From assembly GCA_963775685.1 (NCBI GenBank), contig CAVZJV010000014.1, positions 672,001-736,000 on the forward strand: a DNA stretch of 64,000 nucleotides, in the 5' to 3' direction. The position numbers and the translations under genes were made by a program. Positions 50,321 to 61,800 of this stretch are shown here, piece after piece. Position 1 is the stretch's first letter; the number at the start of each line of letters is the position of its first letter. Source of the DNA: Candidatus Bathyarchaeota archaeon. Its GTDB lineage: Archaea > Thermoproteota > Bathyarchaeia > Bathyarchaeales > Bathycorpusculaceae. The notes under the pieces were generated by a model. It saw only the letters and a list, made by a program, of their open reading frames with translations. It was not told the DNA's origin and did no database searches.

Positions 50321-53300
50321 ATGTCAATTCATGTTTTGCATGTTGACGACGATTCGTCGGTTCAAAAGATAACAAAGCTGATGCTTTTGGATCTAAACAA
50401 TGGCTTTGAGATTGATTGGGCGTGTTGTGTGGATGAAGGCGTGAAAAAGCTTGCCCTTGGACACTATGATGTTGTGGTTTCTGATTATGAAATGTCCCAA
50501 AAAAATGGCCTCCAGTTTCTGACACAACTACGTGAACAAAAAAAACAATATCCCTTTTATTCTATTTACCGGGAAAGGCAGAGAAGAAGTAGTCATAAAA
50601 GCACTCAATCTAGGTGCAGACGGCTACATCAACAAGCAAGTTAACCCAGAAACAGTCTACGGAGAACTTCAACACCTTATAATAACTAGTTTTGAAAAAA
50701 GAAACACACAAAAAATGCTTTGGCAAAGCGAAGAACGCTTCAAAAAGTTGATAAACAATAGCAAAGATGCCATAATGCTAACCCAAGCTGACGGAGTAAT
50801 TCTATACTTAAGTCCAGCTTGCAAAAATGTTCTAGGCTACGAACCCAGCGAGTTAATAGGAAAAATCCCTTGGATCATTTACCCCGATGATCTTGGAAGA
50901 GTACAAAATGTTTTTCAATCTGCATTATCAAGAAAGGTAAGTGAAACATTAGAATACAGAATTTTAACAAAGCAAGGCGAAACAAAATGGATTAGCCATG
51001 CTTTTTCTCAAATATGGGAAAACGGCATATTAAAGCAAATCGTAAGCAACTTAACAGACATCTCCGAACGTAAGAAAGCTGAAGAAGCAATAGTTCAAAG
51101 CGAGTCTCATTATCGCCTACTAGCAGATAACATACGTGACGTAATTTGGATGATGGATTTAGAAGGTCATTTTACATATGTGAGTCCATCTGCCATACAG
51201 CTAAGCGGCTATACCCCGGAGGAAGTATTGAAACAATCAATAGCCGAAGTTTTAACTCCAAAATCTGCCCGAATAGTTCTTGAAGACTTGCAAAGTTTTT
51301 CGGAAACAGGAGCGCTCCCGTCAAGCTATTATGAATTAGAGCAGCGCTGTAAGGATGGCTCTACTGTTTGGATTGAAATTAATTTTACTGTGCTTCGAAA
51401 CAAAGATTATGAACCCGAATCTTTTCTTGGAGTGACTAGGAACATTACCGAACGCAAAAGAGCGGAAGACAATATTAAGAGTTTAGCCAAATTCCCCAAT
51501 GAAAATCCATCTGCAGTGTTTCGCATAGACAAAAACGGTTTCTTACTATTCGCCAACCCTCAAAGCAAAAAAATTTTAGATTCATTAAAAATTAAAAAAG
51601 GGTATCCCTTTCCTGAGCGATGGCGAAAAACTATAATTGAATCTTTAGAATCCAAGAATCAATTGCATTTAGAAGAAAAGGTAAACGAACGTTTATTCTC
51701 GTTTAGTTTAGTACCTATAGTCTTTGAAGGGTACGTTAACGTTTACGGCTCAGACATCACCGAACGCAAGAAGGTGGAGATAGACCTGCAAAAGAACGAG
51801 GTAAAACTCCGAGCCATTCTAGATGCAACACCGTTCCCCGTAGCCCTAGTTGATACCGATGATGATAAAATTACGTTCTGGAGTAAAAGCGCCCTAAAAC
51901 TTTTCGGACATGTTGCATCAACGAGAAAGGAGTGGTATGAGATAGCGTACCCAGATCCTATTTACCGTGAGTTTGTGATTAATCAATGGAAACTTGCTCT
52001 GGAAAAAGCGCGACTGACTGGACAATGGGTCAATACGGGGGAGTATAATGTTACCTGTCGTGATGGTTCGGTATGTACTTGTGAGCTTTATGCTACATTC
52101 TTGGCAGAAATGCTCATTGTCACGTTCAATGACATAACCGCCCATAAAAAAGCTGAAGAAACACTTAGAGAGTCTGAGGAGAAGTACAGGAAAATGTTCG
52201 AGGGAGCACTTGACGCTATCTTCCTGGCAGATGCTGAAACAGGTACATTGATTGACTGTAACTCAGTAGCATTAGAGTTGGTCGGTCGAGAAAAATCCGA
52301 AATAATTGGTCAACATCAGCGTATCCTTCATCCAATCAATGAACTTGAAGGAGACGAGACAAGAAGTTTCAAACAACACCAGATGCAAGATGGTGTTCTT
52401 GAAACACAAATAATTACGAAAAAGAGAGAAATCAAAGATGTTTCAATTAGATCTAACCACATTATGTTGGGTGGGCGAAAGGTGCTTCAAGGGATATTTA
52501 GAGATACAACTAAAAGAACGATAGCTCAGAGAGCGCTACTTCTATCGGAGGGAAAATATCGTGAAACCACCCAAAATGCCAACATTGGAATCGTAGCATA
52601 TCAACCTGACGGCAAAATAACAATTCTTAACCCAAGAATGCAGAAAATGACAGGGTACACAATTAAAGAAATTCCAAATCTTAACCTATGGTTTAAAAAA
52701 GCTCTACCCGGATGAGATTGAGAAAACAAAAATCGAAGATAAATGGTTCAAACGGCTAAAAGATGTAGGCGAAGTGAAAGAAGGACAAGCTACCATTGTA
52801 ACAAAGCAAGGAGAACAACGTATTTTCTTATTTGACGGTTTTCGTCTTCTCTCGGGAGATTTCATCGCTTTTGCACGAGACATTACTGATCGTATGAAAG
52901 CTGAAGAAGCATTGAAGCAAACGATGGATAAACTGGCATTGGTTAATGAGAAGTTGGGTGTCATTGGCAGTTTGACTAGGCATGATGTTCGAAATAAACT
53001 CTCAGCGTTGTCTGGGTATGCGTATTTACTGAAGAAAAAACACAGTGAGCAGGCGGATATTGTTGAAGGTTCAGGTAAGATGGAGCAAGCTGTTAAAGAT
53101 TCGATGAAGATTTTTGATTTCGCTAAAATGTATGAGCACCTTGGTGCAGAACAACTTACTCAAATAGACGTTGAAGCTAAACTAAACGAGGCAGCCAATC
53201 TGTTTTCTGGTTCACTTCCAAGGATAATAAATGATTGTCAAGGTCTAACATTGCTTGCAGATTCTTTTCTAAGGCAACTATTCTACAACTTCATCGATAA

Positions 53301-53616
53301 CACTCTGAAATATGGGCAAAAAACCACGACCATAAAGGTGCACTACGAAGAGACTGATAAGGACAGCTTAATGTTGGTTTATGAAGATGATGGTGTTGGG
53401 TTGCCTTTTGAGAACAAGGGGTATCTTTTCAAGGAAGGTTTTAGCACTGGTGGCAGCACAGGCTTTGGACTGTTTCTCATTAAGAAAATGATGGACGTCT
53501 ATGGCTGGAAAATAAAGGAAAATGGTGACCCAGGCAAAGGAGCCAAATTTACCTTAATTATTCCGAAACTTGGCAAAAATGGAAGAGAAAACTATCAAAT
53601 TGCCATAAGTAAATAG
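50321..53616 (+). CDS. REC plus multi-PAS sensor histidine kinase, split by +1 shifts in A8 (50538-50545) and A6 (52695-52700)
   Basis: VLHVDDD, SDYEM, FTGKG; repeated PAS/PAC; RHDVRN, NFIDN..K, DDG.G, G.GL. Confidence 0.88.
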
Positions 53617-53806
53617 AGTGTTTACAAGGACTTCTTCGTTATTTGTAATTTATCGAGATCCTATGTGGCTGGTCCACTTACTATTAGGTGGTGAACTAAT
53701 GATGAAATCAAATGCTCTCGCATCGGAACAATATATTAAATCCAAAGTCTTTCTCGGGGGATTGGGTAAATTATCTTTTATATAAATAGAAAACAAAAAA
53801 ATAGCG

Positions 53807-55102
53807 TTAAGAACCTTCATCCACTATTTTTTTTTGTTTTATCTCGCAGGCTTGCTTCAGAAGTACAATCGAGTTCGATGGCAAGTCACGTTCAACCATT
53901 ATGTTAGCTCCCACCCAGGTGTTTGGGCCCACCTTTACGCCTGGTAAAAAAGACGCTTTGATTCCTGTCTTTACAAAATCACCCATCACTACACCCAATT
54001 TGCGCCTGCCCGAATCCACAACCTTATTTTTAATCATCATCTTGATGTTAGCACTGTCGAGACGCAAATTTGCTGTTATAGTGCCCGCGCCTAAGTTACA
54101 TTTTTCCCCCACTATACTGTCGCCCACGTAAGAGAGGTGCCCCACGTGCGTGCCATCCATGATGATGCTATTCTTGATTTCTACAGAGTTTCCCACCCGC
54201 ACTTTTTTGCCAAGGCTGGTTCCTGCTCTAATGTAGCAGTTAGGCCCAACATCGGCTTCTTCATCTATGAAGGCAGGTCCTTCGATGTAAGCGCCCGAGC
54301 GAACTCGCGCGGACTCAGCAACCGAGACGGGACCTATCAGGTGAGCGCCTTGCTCGACGGTGCCTAAAACTTTGTAGTCTATTCGTTTGAGTGCCCAATT
54401 GTTGGCTTCAAGCAGATCCCAAGGTCTGCCCACATCGAACCAGTCATCCTTTGAGAGTTGGGATGATAGAACCGTTTTGCCCTCCTCAGCGAGCATGGTT
54501 ATGGCGTCGGTGAGTTCCCATTCGCCTCGGATCGAAGCTTTGGTTTGTTTTATTTTATCGAAGACATCTTTTGAGAACGCGTAAATTCCTGCGTTGGCTA
54601 GGTTGGAGGGTGCTTTTCCAGCGGTAGGTTTCTCAACTATGCGTTTGACTTTTCCCTCGGGGTTTTGTTCGATTATGCCGTAGTTTTCGGGTCGGTCAAC
54701 GGGGACTACGCCCATGACTGCAGCTGTTTTTCCCTTCTTGAAGTGGGACAAAACCTGTTTAAAGGCATCTTGGCCAAATAGCAAGTCGCCATAAATCAAA
54801 ACGAAGTCACCGTCTACGTATGGTTCAGCAACTTCTGCGGCGTTTCCAGTGCCCAAAATCGCTTTCTGCTCAACATAAATTAACTTTAAGCCAAGTCCTC
54901 CATCATCACCAAAATAGCTGCGGATAGCCTCGCTCATGTAGTGGGTAACTACGATTGCCTCATTTATCCCCGCCCTCTTTACAGCTTCTAAGCAGAATTG
55001 GAGAATGGGTTTTCCGCCGACCTTTATTAGGTGTTTGGGGCGCGATGCAGTTATAGGCATGAGCCTTTCGCCGACGCCTGCCGCTAAGAGTACAGCTTTC
55101 AT
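53807..55102 (-). CDS. glmU: Bifunctional sugar-1-phosphate nucleotidylyltransferase/acetyltransferase (archaeal GlmU)
   Basis: LAAG.G.R..P....PK, GE.ELTD, hexapeptide repeats, HLSYVGDS. Confidence 0.9.
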   Translation of the reverse strand: MKAVLLAAGVGERLMPITASRPKHLIKVGGKPILQFCLEAVKRAGINEAIVVTHYMSEAIRSYFGDDGGLGLKLIYVEQKAILGTGNAAEVAEPYVDGDFVLIYGDLLFGQDAFKQVLSHFKKGKTAAVMGVVPVDRPENYGIIEQNPEGKVKRIVEKPTAGKAPSNLANAGIYAFSKDVFDKIKQTKASIRGEWELTDAITMLAEEGKTVLSSQLSKDDWFDVGRPWDLLEANNWALKRIDYKVLGTVEQGAHLIGPVSVAESARVRSGAYIEGPAFIDEEADVGPNCYIRAGTSLGKKVRVGNSVEIKNSIIMDGTHVGHLSYVGDSIVGEKCNLGAGTITANLRLDSANIKMMIKNKVVDSGRRKLGVVMGDFVKTGIKASFLPGVKVGPNTWVGANIMVERDLPSNSIVLLKQACEIKQKKIVDEGS

Positions 55103-56460
55103 TTCGGGTTTGCCTCGATTTGTTTTAGTATTAGTGCTGTTGCTTTTGCCGTTATATTTTTTGCCGCCTCGTTGGATTCGCCTTCAACAGTTAGACGGAT
55201 GAGGGGTTCGGTACCTGATGCGCGGACAAGCAGCCAGCCGCTTTTTAGAGCCAATCTTGCTCCGTCGACAGTTAAGAAATTGGCATAGGCTGGGAACGAT
55301 CCTTTCAAGGCACTACCGAGCTGTTCAACTAACAGATATTTCTGCTCGTTTCTACATGTAAAGTTTACTCGCTCAGTTACGTACTGGGGTACTTCACCGA
55401 TAAACTGGGAAACAGATTTTACTTCTTCTTCAAGCGCCGCCAAAAAAAGTACAGTGGAAAGAAGACCATCAGGACAAAAATGAAATTGCGGGTGCACCCA
55501 AGCACCACATGGTTCCCCTCCGAAAACTGCTCCTTCTCGTTTTATAGCTTCAGAAACGTAAATATCCCCGACTTTGGTGCGCACGACTTTGCCACCATAT
55601 TTTTGTGACATCGTTTCCACGCACATTGATGCTTCAATGGTGGTTACGATGGTTCCACCTTTCTTGCGTTTTAACACAAAGGCACCGTAAGCTGCTAAAG
55701 AACGGTCAAAATTCACAAAAACACCCTTTTCATCAACGAATGCGACCCGGTCAGCGTCGCCGTCAAATGCTATGCCAATGTCGGCGCCAAGAGCTTTGAC
55801 GGTTTGTGATAGGTCATGGAGGGATTCGGCGTTGGGTTCGGATTTTCTTGCTGGAAAATGCCCGTCCGCTTGGCTGTTTAGGGCAGTAACTTTGCAGCCC
55901 AACTCTTTTAGTATCTGTGGTGCAACTTTGAAGGCGGCACCGCATCCGGGGTCCACCACGACGTGCCATTGTTTTTTGAGGGTGACCGCTTTTTTCACCA
56001 TATCCAAATAAATTAGCGTTGCATCAACAGGAGTGGTTTTGCCAAGGCTGCGCCAATCCGCCAAATTGAAACTGCCATCAGAAACGATTTTCTCAACAGC
56101 GTCTTGGTCGAAGTCGGTGTAGGATAGATCAGCCTTGAAGACTTTTATGCCATTGTACGGAGCGGGGTTATGTGAGGCGGTAAGCATGAACCCTGCGTCG
56201 GCGCACAAGGCTTTTGCCGCGTAAGCCAAAACAGGGGTGGGAACTATACCCACTAGCAAGACGTCTGCGCCTGTGGAAACCAAGCCCGAAACCAAGGCAT
56301 CCTGGATCATGCATCCTGAAACCCGGGTATCGCGGGCAACTATGGCTATTTTTGCTTTTGAATGAGTCACGACAGCTGAAGCAACTTTACATGCTAAGAT
56401 GGGGGTTAAGTCGACGTTTGTAAGTCCTCTAACGCCTGAGCTTCCGAAGAGTTTAGCCAT
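55099..56460 (-). CDS. glmM: Phosphoglucosamine mutase/phosphohexomutase
   Basis: LFGSSGVRG, TASHNP, DGDADR, RASGTEP. Confidence 0.9.
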   Translation of the reverse strand: MAKLFGSSGVRGLTNVDLTPILACKVASAVVTHSKAKIAIVARDTRVSGCMIQDALVSGLVSTGADVLLVGIVPTPVLAYAAKALCADAGFMLTASHNPAPYNGIKVFKADLSYTDFDQDAVEKIVSDGSFNLADWRSLGKTTPVDATLIYLDMVKKAVTLKKQWHVVVDPGCGAAFKVAPQILKELGCKVTALNSQADGHFPARKSEPNAESLHDLSQTVKALGADIGIAFDGDADRVAFVDEKGVFVNFDRSLAAYGAFVLKRKKGGTIVTTIEASMCVETMSQKYGGKVVRTKVGDIYVSEAIKREGAVFGGEPCGAWVHPQFHFCPDGLLSTVLFLAALEEEVKSVSQFIGEVPQYVTERVNFTCRNEQKYLLVEQLGSALKGSFPAYANFLTVDGARLALKSGWLLVRASGTEPLIRLTVEGESNEAAKNITAKATALILKQIEANPK

Positions 56461-56492
56461 TAATCATCACCCTGTCATTGCATGGTAGTGTG

Positions 56493-57608
56493 TTAGGTTG
56501 GCTTAAAAAAGAATTTGGCACTCACCTGGTGGTGTGTTCTTAGGAAACCTACAAGTCTCTCTTTGGTCGGATGCAATCCTTCGAGATCTGAAAGATAGCA
56601 GGCAGCGATCGCATTCGCTAACATCAGACGGCACTCATCTGAGAGCCCATTATGATCGCCTAAGATATTGCCTGCACACCAAGAATCCCCAGCACCCGTA
56701 GCTCGCAACGCGTTAACTTCGAACGAAGGAACAACAACCTCTCTTTTGTCTCTCAGCGTGGCAGAGAAAGCCCGGGTGTGTAAATCGATTCTTGTGGACA
56801 ACCGCTTGGCTAAAACCCTTGCCGCCTCCATCGCCAACTCCGCAATCCCAAAGCGTCCTTTCTTCTCCTTTAAGCTTTCATCGAACAGGGTTGCGTATGT
56901 TATAGCTTCATTTTCGTTTAAGCTCAAGATGTCGACTTTGTCAGTTTTGAGAACCTTTTCTATCAAATTAGGAATTTCCTTGGTTTTTGGCGTTGGGTCT
57001 GCCGTATCGTAGTAAGTTTTGCTTTTGCCGGATCGTTTTGCCCTCTCAAAAACAGCCTGAGCCAACGAAGTGCCAAACTTCAAAGTTCCAGCCCAATTAA
57101 AGAGGCAAGCATAATCGGCATCTTCGATCAACTCATAATCACTTTTGTCAAGGTTTGCTGGTCCAAAATTAGCCAATGCGCCCAAATCGCGGAGCATAAT
57201 GTTTGTTTTTTCGCTCTGGTTTTTGAATTCCAAGGAGGTTGTTACTGAGGCTTGGCCAAGTAATTTTACGTGTATGGTGTCAATTGGGTTATTTCTAAAA
57301 TGGTATTTGATTAGTTGTAAGCCAAATTCGCTTGTACAAACAATAGGCGTGACCTTGGCGCCTAAGCTAGCTAAGGCTGACGCGACGTTGATGGCATTTC
57401 CTCCCCGCAGATCTGTTTGGGGTATTCCATCTAAACTGCCCCCACTCTTTTTAGCAACCTCCCCAATCAACTCCGAAAACTCGGCAGCATCCCACTCCAA
57501 ATTTACAAGTCTATCGAGGAAAAAATCTGGCAGAACCACAACGTTGACTTCTCTAAATTTTTCTTCCAGGAAGCTTAAAAGTTCTTTTTTACATTCCGAT
57601 GACGTCAT
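56493..57608 (-). CDS. PfkB-family carbohydrate kinase
   Basis: GGNAINVA..LA.LG, NENEA, TGAGDSW.AG. Confidence 0.88.
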   Translation of the reverse strand: MTSSECKKELLSFLEEKFREVNVVVLPDFFLDRLVNLEWDAAEFSELIGEVAKKSGGSLDGIPQTDLRGGNAINVASALASLGAKVTPIVCTSEFGLQLIKYHFRNNPIDTIHVKLLGQASVTTSLEFKNQSEKTNIMLRDLGALANFGPANLDKSDYELIEDADYACLFNWAGTLKFGTSLAQAVFERAKRSGKSKTYYDTADPTPKTKEIPNLIEKVLKTDKVDILSLNENEAITYATLFDESLKEKKGRFGIAELAMEAARVLAKRLSTRIDLHTRAFSATLRDKREVVVPSFEVNALRATGAGDSWCAGNILGDHNGLSDECRLMLANAIAACYLSDLEGLHPTKERLVGFLRTHHQVSAKFFFKPT

Positions 57609-57700
57609 CCGAGGACTCCTATAAGTGTATTTTCCAAAAAGCTAAAATAACCTTTTGATTTAAAATATGAATTCATAATACTTGGAAGGAGCAGGAGATT

Positions 57701-57928
57701 ATGAAGTTTAAAACAGAAGTTAGCTTACTATTGATAGCCATTACGTTGTTTGCGGTAGCAATGTTCTTCTATTCATATCAAGGCACAGGTGGCGAGAATT
57801 CAGCTTTAAGCATCAGCTTAGCTTATCCATATCGAGGAATTGCCCTTGCATTCGTGGGTTTTGGCTCAGTCTCTATGGTTACGGCTTCGATTTCATATTC
57901 TAAACGTAGCAAAAACATCCTACCATAG
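57701..57928 (+). CDS. Small 2-TM membrane protein
   Basis: SD, two hydrophobic segments. Confidence 0.65.
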   Translation: MKFKTEVSLLLIAITLFAVAMFFYSYQGTGGENSALSISLAYPYRGIALAFVGFGSVSMVTASISYSKRSKNILP

Positions 57929-57939
57929 AGTTTTTATTT

Positions 57940-58761
57940 TTAGGCGCCTAGAACAAGCCTGACCAGCAGCCACACAAAATCCCCAAACGACAGCGCAACA
58001 ATTAAGCCTAATGTAACAAAAATTAACATGGGCAAACCAGGTGTGGCCCAAACGTAAGTGTCGATTTTGCTTTCCTCAGAAGCTTTCGAGAGACGTTCAA
58101 GAATTTTTTCTCGACCTTCATCATGGGGCACGATGACTAATGTACGTTTTAGGTTAATGAATTGTTCATTTACGTCCTCCATGGGAAAAATATGCCATTT
58201 TGCTTTCACCTTGGAAATGCTCATCTTGTAACCTGTTATGAGAACAAGAAGCTTCTTGCCTAGGGATTCGGAACCGAGGGTTCCTGGGAACATCTGGGCT
58301 TTTGTTTTTTTATGCCATACCATGTTACGAAATATCATGTAAATACCGCTTGCAGCGGCAAACAAGACTGCGTTACCAAAGATAGTTATGGGAAATATGA
58401 TTTGAGAAGTCGGTGATATTCCTCCTGCCAGAATTGGCGAGAGCAAAGTTATTGGCGCAAAGGGGAGGGCAAGGGCGATGCACATGAGGGCTTTTGAGTC
58501 TGCTCCGCCAAAGCCTCCGGCGTAGAATAGCAGAAGTGCAATCCCTGCGGTTACGCCAAAGCTTAAGGCGTAGAAGGGAAGCTGGGCAGGTTCAAAAAGA
58601 AGTAGTTCAGATAACGTTAGCATGAGTGCTATAGGCGCGTAAATCGCCCAAACGCGGTTACTGACTTCGCGGGTTTTATAGTCGCTCCATGAAGAATATA
58701 ACAGGACACCTAAAGAAACCAGTATGCTTGCCCCGATGAGGGCGGCTTGTAGTGTTTGAAT
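57940..58761 (-). CDS. A24 prepilin/preflagellin peptidase (PibD/FlaK-like); probable ATT start
   Basis: WSDYKTREV (first catalytic Asp, upstream of the track ATG), FGGADSK, VWATPGLPM. Confidence 0.88.
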   Translation of the reverse strand: MQTLQAALIGASILVSLGVLLYSSWSDYKTREVSNRVWAIYAPIALMLTLSELLLFEPAQLPFYALSFGVTAGIALLLFYAGGFGGADSKALMCIALALPFAPITLLSPILAGGISPTSQIIFPITIFGNAVLFAAASGIYMIFRNMVWHKKTKAQMFPGTLGSESLGKKLLVLITGYKMSISKVKAKWHIFPMEDVNEQFINLKRTLVIVPHDEGREKILERLSKASEESKIDTYVWATPGLPMLIFVTLGLIVALSFGDFVWLLVRLVLGA

Positions 58762-58856
58762 GTTTGAGCACCTTTGACATTATTGGGTAGCTTGTTGATA
58801 TCTAGGCTAATAAGAGTTTGTCGGTAATTATTTCATCGCACAATGACACCAAAAAT

Positions 58857-61800
58857 TTAGTTTTTGGCTATAACCGAAATCGTGGGTGGGTACTCAGATA
58901 AAAGCCATAGCCCCATCGGCGTGGTTCCATCGTACAGATTGCAAACTGGCGTGTTTCCGTCAAACGTCGCGACGGCACCCTGCCAGGTAATGTCATAAGC
59001 GTAAGTGAATTGAACCTGCGCTTGACTAACAGGCAATAACTCAATCAGGTCACTGCTGGCTTTTATGGCGCCCTTTGAGGTGCTTGCAGAGAAAGAGTCA
59101 AACGCGTATACCTTTTGGTTGTTTGTGTCTGTGTAGATTATACCGACGCCTTTTCCACTGTCAGATATTAACTGGCTGAAATGATGCGCTGTCCAATTGC
59201 CGAAGGAATAATTGGAAAATGTTCCCGTGCCATTCTGGACTATTGGGAAGCCGCCGAGGGTTCCATTTTCAGTTTGAATTTGAGTTGGATTCGCATTTGT
59301 TGAAACTCTTACTGGGCAAAGGTCTGATAAGGCTCTGGCTCTTGAACCTGAGTCTATGAACATGGTTCTTAATCTGTAAGTGTAGTAGGTAACGTTTGCT
59401 GGCAGTGATATTATGATATTTGTATAGGTGTTGGGGCAATTTGGGATTCCTCCTGAAAATTCGGCTTCTCCAAGCACAATATCTCGAACAACTCCTCCAG
59501 TTATGACATACGATAATTCAGGGTCAGTATTGTCTTGAGTATTGTTGATGCGCATCAAATTTGATGTGCTCACAACATCTCCAACGGTTGAAGTTAAGAC
59601 AAAGCCAGTTGTTCCAAACTGCAGTTTTAGTTTGCCGTTGTTTAATGTTTGGCTGCTAGGGTTATCGGTGAAATATTGGTTTTTGTATGCTAATGGAGTT
59701 TGACTTGCTGAGTCGCTTCCATCCCACCAAACAGTGAAGTCGGTAACTTGGCTAGTTAAGAGAAAAACAATCATCTGTCGGTTACCAAAGACGGTGGTGT
59801 TGCTGGTTAACCCCAAAGGAATCTGGTAGCTAGATGCCCAATCCTCAATTTGGAAAGGAACCGCCTGATTTACGCCGTTTATAGTTTGGTTTACATGAAT
59901 TGCTTTTACAGGGACAGGAGGAATCGGCAGGGTTTGGGTACTGTTTTGTAGGTTTTGGCCTAGCCAACGCATGGTGCCGTTCTGCAAGGTTTCAAGAGTC
60001 ACGGTTGACTGCTGCAAGTTAAGAAGAAAACTAACATCGGGTTCATCTTTTAAGAAAACTGCATCAATGTTCCAGCCATCCTGTGTGGAGTCTGAGACCT
60101 CATTGCTTCCAACAAAACGTATCGTAAGGGTTGATGAATCTATGTACTGCGCAAGTGAAACATTGTTGAAATAGTTGGGCATGAGCGCCGTTAGGTTCTG
60201 CCATGACCCCCCATACAATACCTGCACCAAAAGAGTCTCGGAGCCGGCGGCACCACCTGTTTTGATGCATAAGTCCTGACGAATGTTTGTTGCATTAACC
60301 CCTAACCATTGCTCCTGAAGATTCAACGCATAGTTAGTAACATCTGGACTATACTGTACAAAGTCCAAGTTGAGGTTAAAGGGGATTGAAGTGGATTTGA
60401 CAGCAGTAACCATTATTTTCCAGTATCCGCTACCATTTAGAAAAATTGCAGAGTTGGCGATTATTGCTTGGGGCTTGGTCTGGTCGCCTGTTCCCAATGT
60501 AACTGCCATAAACCCGTCTCCACTTGTAGAATATTGCCCTGTTGCAGCATTGTAAAGCTGGAAGGTCGCGGCTACCCCAGCTGTGGAAGTTGAACTATCC
60601 AGTGTCCAAACAAGATTATTCCAAGGCAAGGGGGCGCTAGAATTTCCAGTGAACTCAACTTTTGCAGAATATTGACTTATGATTTTATACGAGCAGTAAA
60701 TGCTGTATTTATTATTATCATGGTAAAAATTTACTGAACTTGGCCAATTATCACCATAATTTTGATTTGTTCGATAATGGCCTTGATTGCTTGAGCCAGG
60801 ATTATAACGCATTGAAACACTTACGTGGGAGACGGAGTCAGACCAAGCTACAAGATTATAATTTGTGTTTGCCGACAATACTGGTTTGGGGTCAGCGAAG
60901 TTGAAAGTGTACCAACCGCTTGATGAAATAGTTTTTTCTTCTGAGCTAGCGATAAAATCGTTAGATTCAGAATAAATTGCTGTTTTAACCCGTACACTTA
61001 CAGCGCTCGATAAATACAAATAAACTGATATGTTTTGAAGCTGACCGTTGACTGGCATGTTAAACAATGAACCCCTTATGGTATCTTCAATGCTTTGAGT
61101 ATATGAGCCAACGTTTGAGTAACCTAGAGTGTCTGATCCAGAAAATGTTGAGGGACAACTATGAAAACTCAAGTATGCATTGTCGTTGGCTTGCAGGTCG
61201 TTTAATGTTCCACTGGCAAATGTGGTTGAACCTAAGAGACTGTAACTTGTTGGGTAGCTCGGTACAAGTGTGGTTCCTGAGGCTGCTTCCGTCAAATTGT
61301 CGTAGATGCCGTCTGGTCCAAATTGTTGAGCGGTGAAGTTGCTATGAGCTCCACGTGCGTCGGTGTTGTTTATATCGACATAATCGAAGTTGGTTTGGAA
61401 CAGGCTTGAGTTCCAGTTGAGTTTTGTTGAAAATTGGCTGTAGGATGCAGCAAGAACCATAAGTCCACGGGTGTCTTCTATTTGGATAACGTAGGAGTCG
61501 TCCGCTATTCCAGATGGAAGATCAAGCACGTATGTTCCGTCAGCGTAAGACGCAACATTGGCTGGTTCAACTGTTTTCCAATCAGAAATATTATATTCGT
61601 AACGTAAAAATTTCAAGTTACTTTTTCCCAAATTAATCAGCGGTTGACTGTCATCCATAAGAATTTTTAGTTGACCTTGTCCAGTTTGGTTTGCTTTCGA
61701 TATCTCGGCCTCTAGGCGGGTTGAAGTGTTGTAACCAATACCGTTTATGCCTAAACCTGCCAAATTGTAGGCGACAGCCATACTTCCTTGGCTGTAGCTT

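Noticed and set aside
50538-52700. Programmed -1 ribosomal frameshifting in the kinase
   Set aside because: Both shifts are +1 in plain A-runs, no stimulatory structure is evident, and similar indels occur in housekeeping genes.
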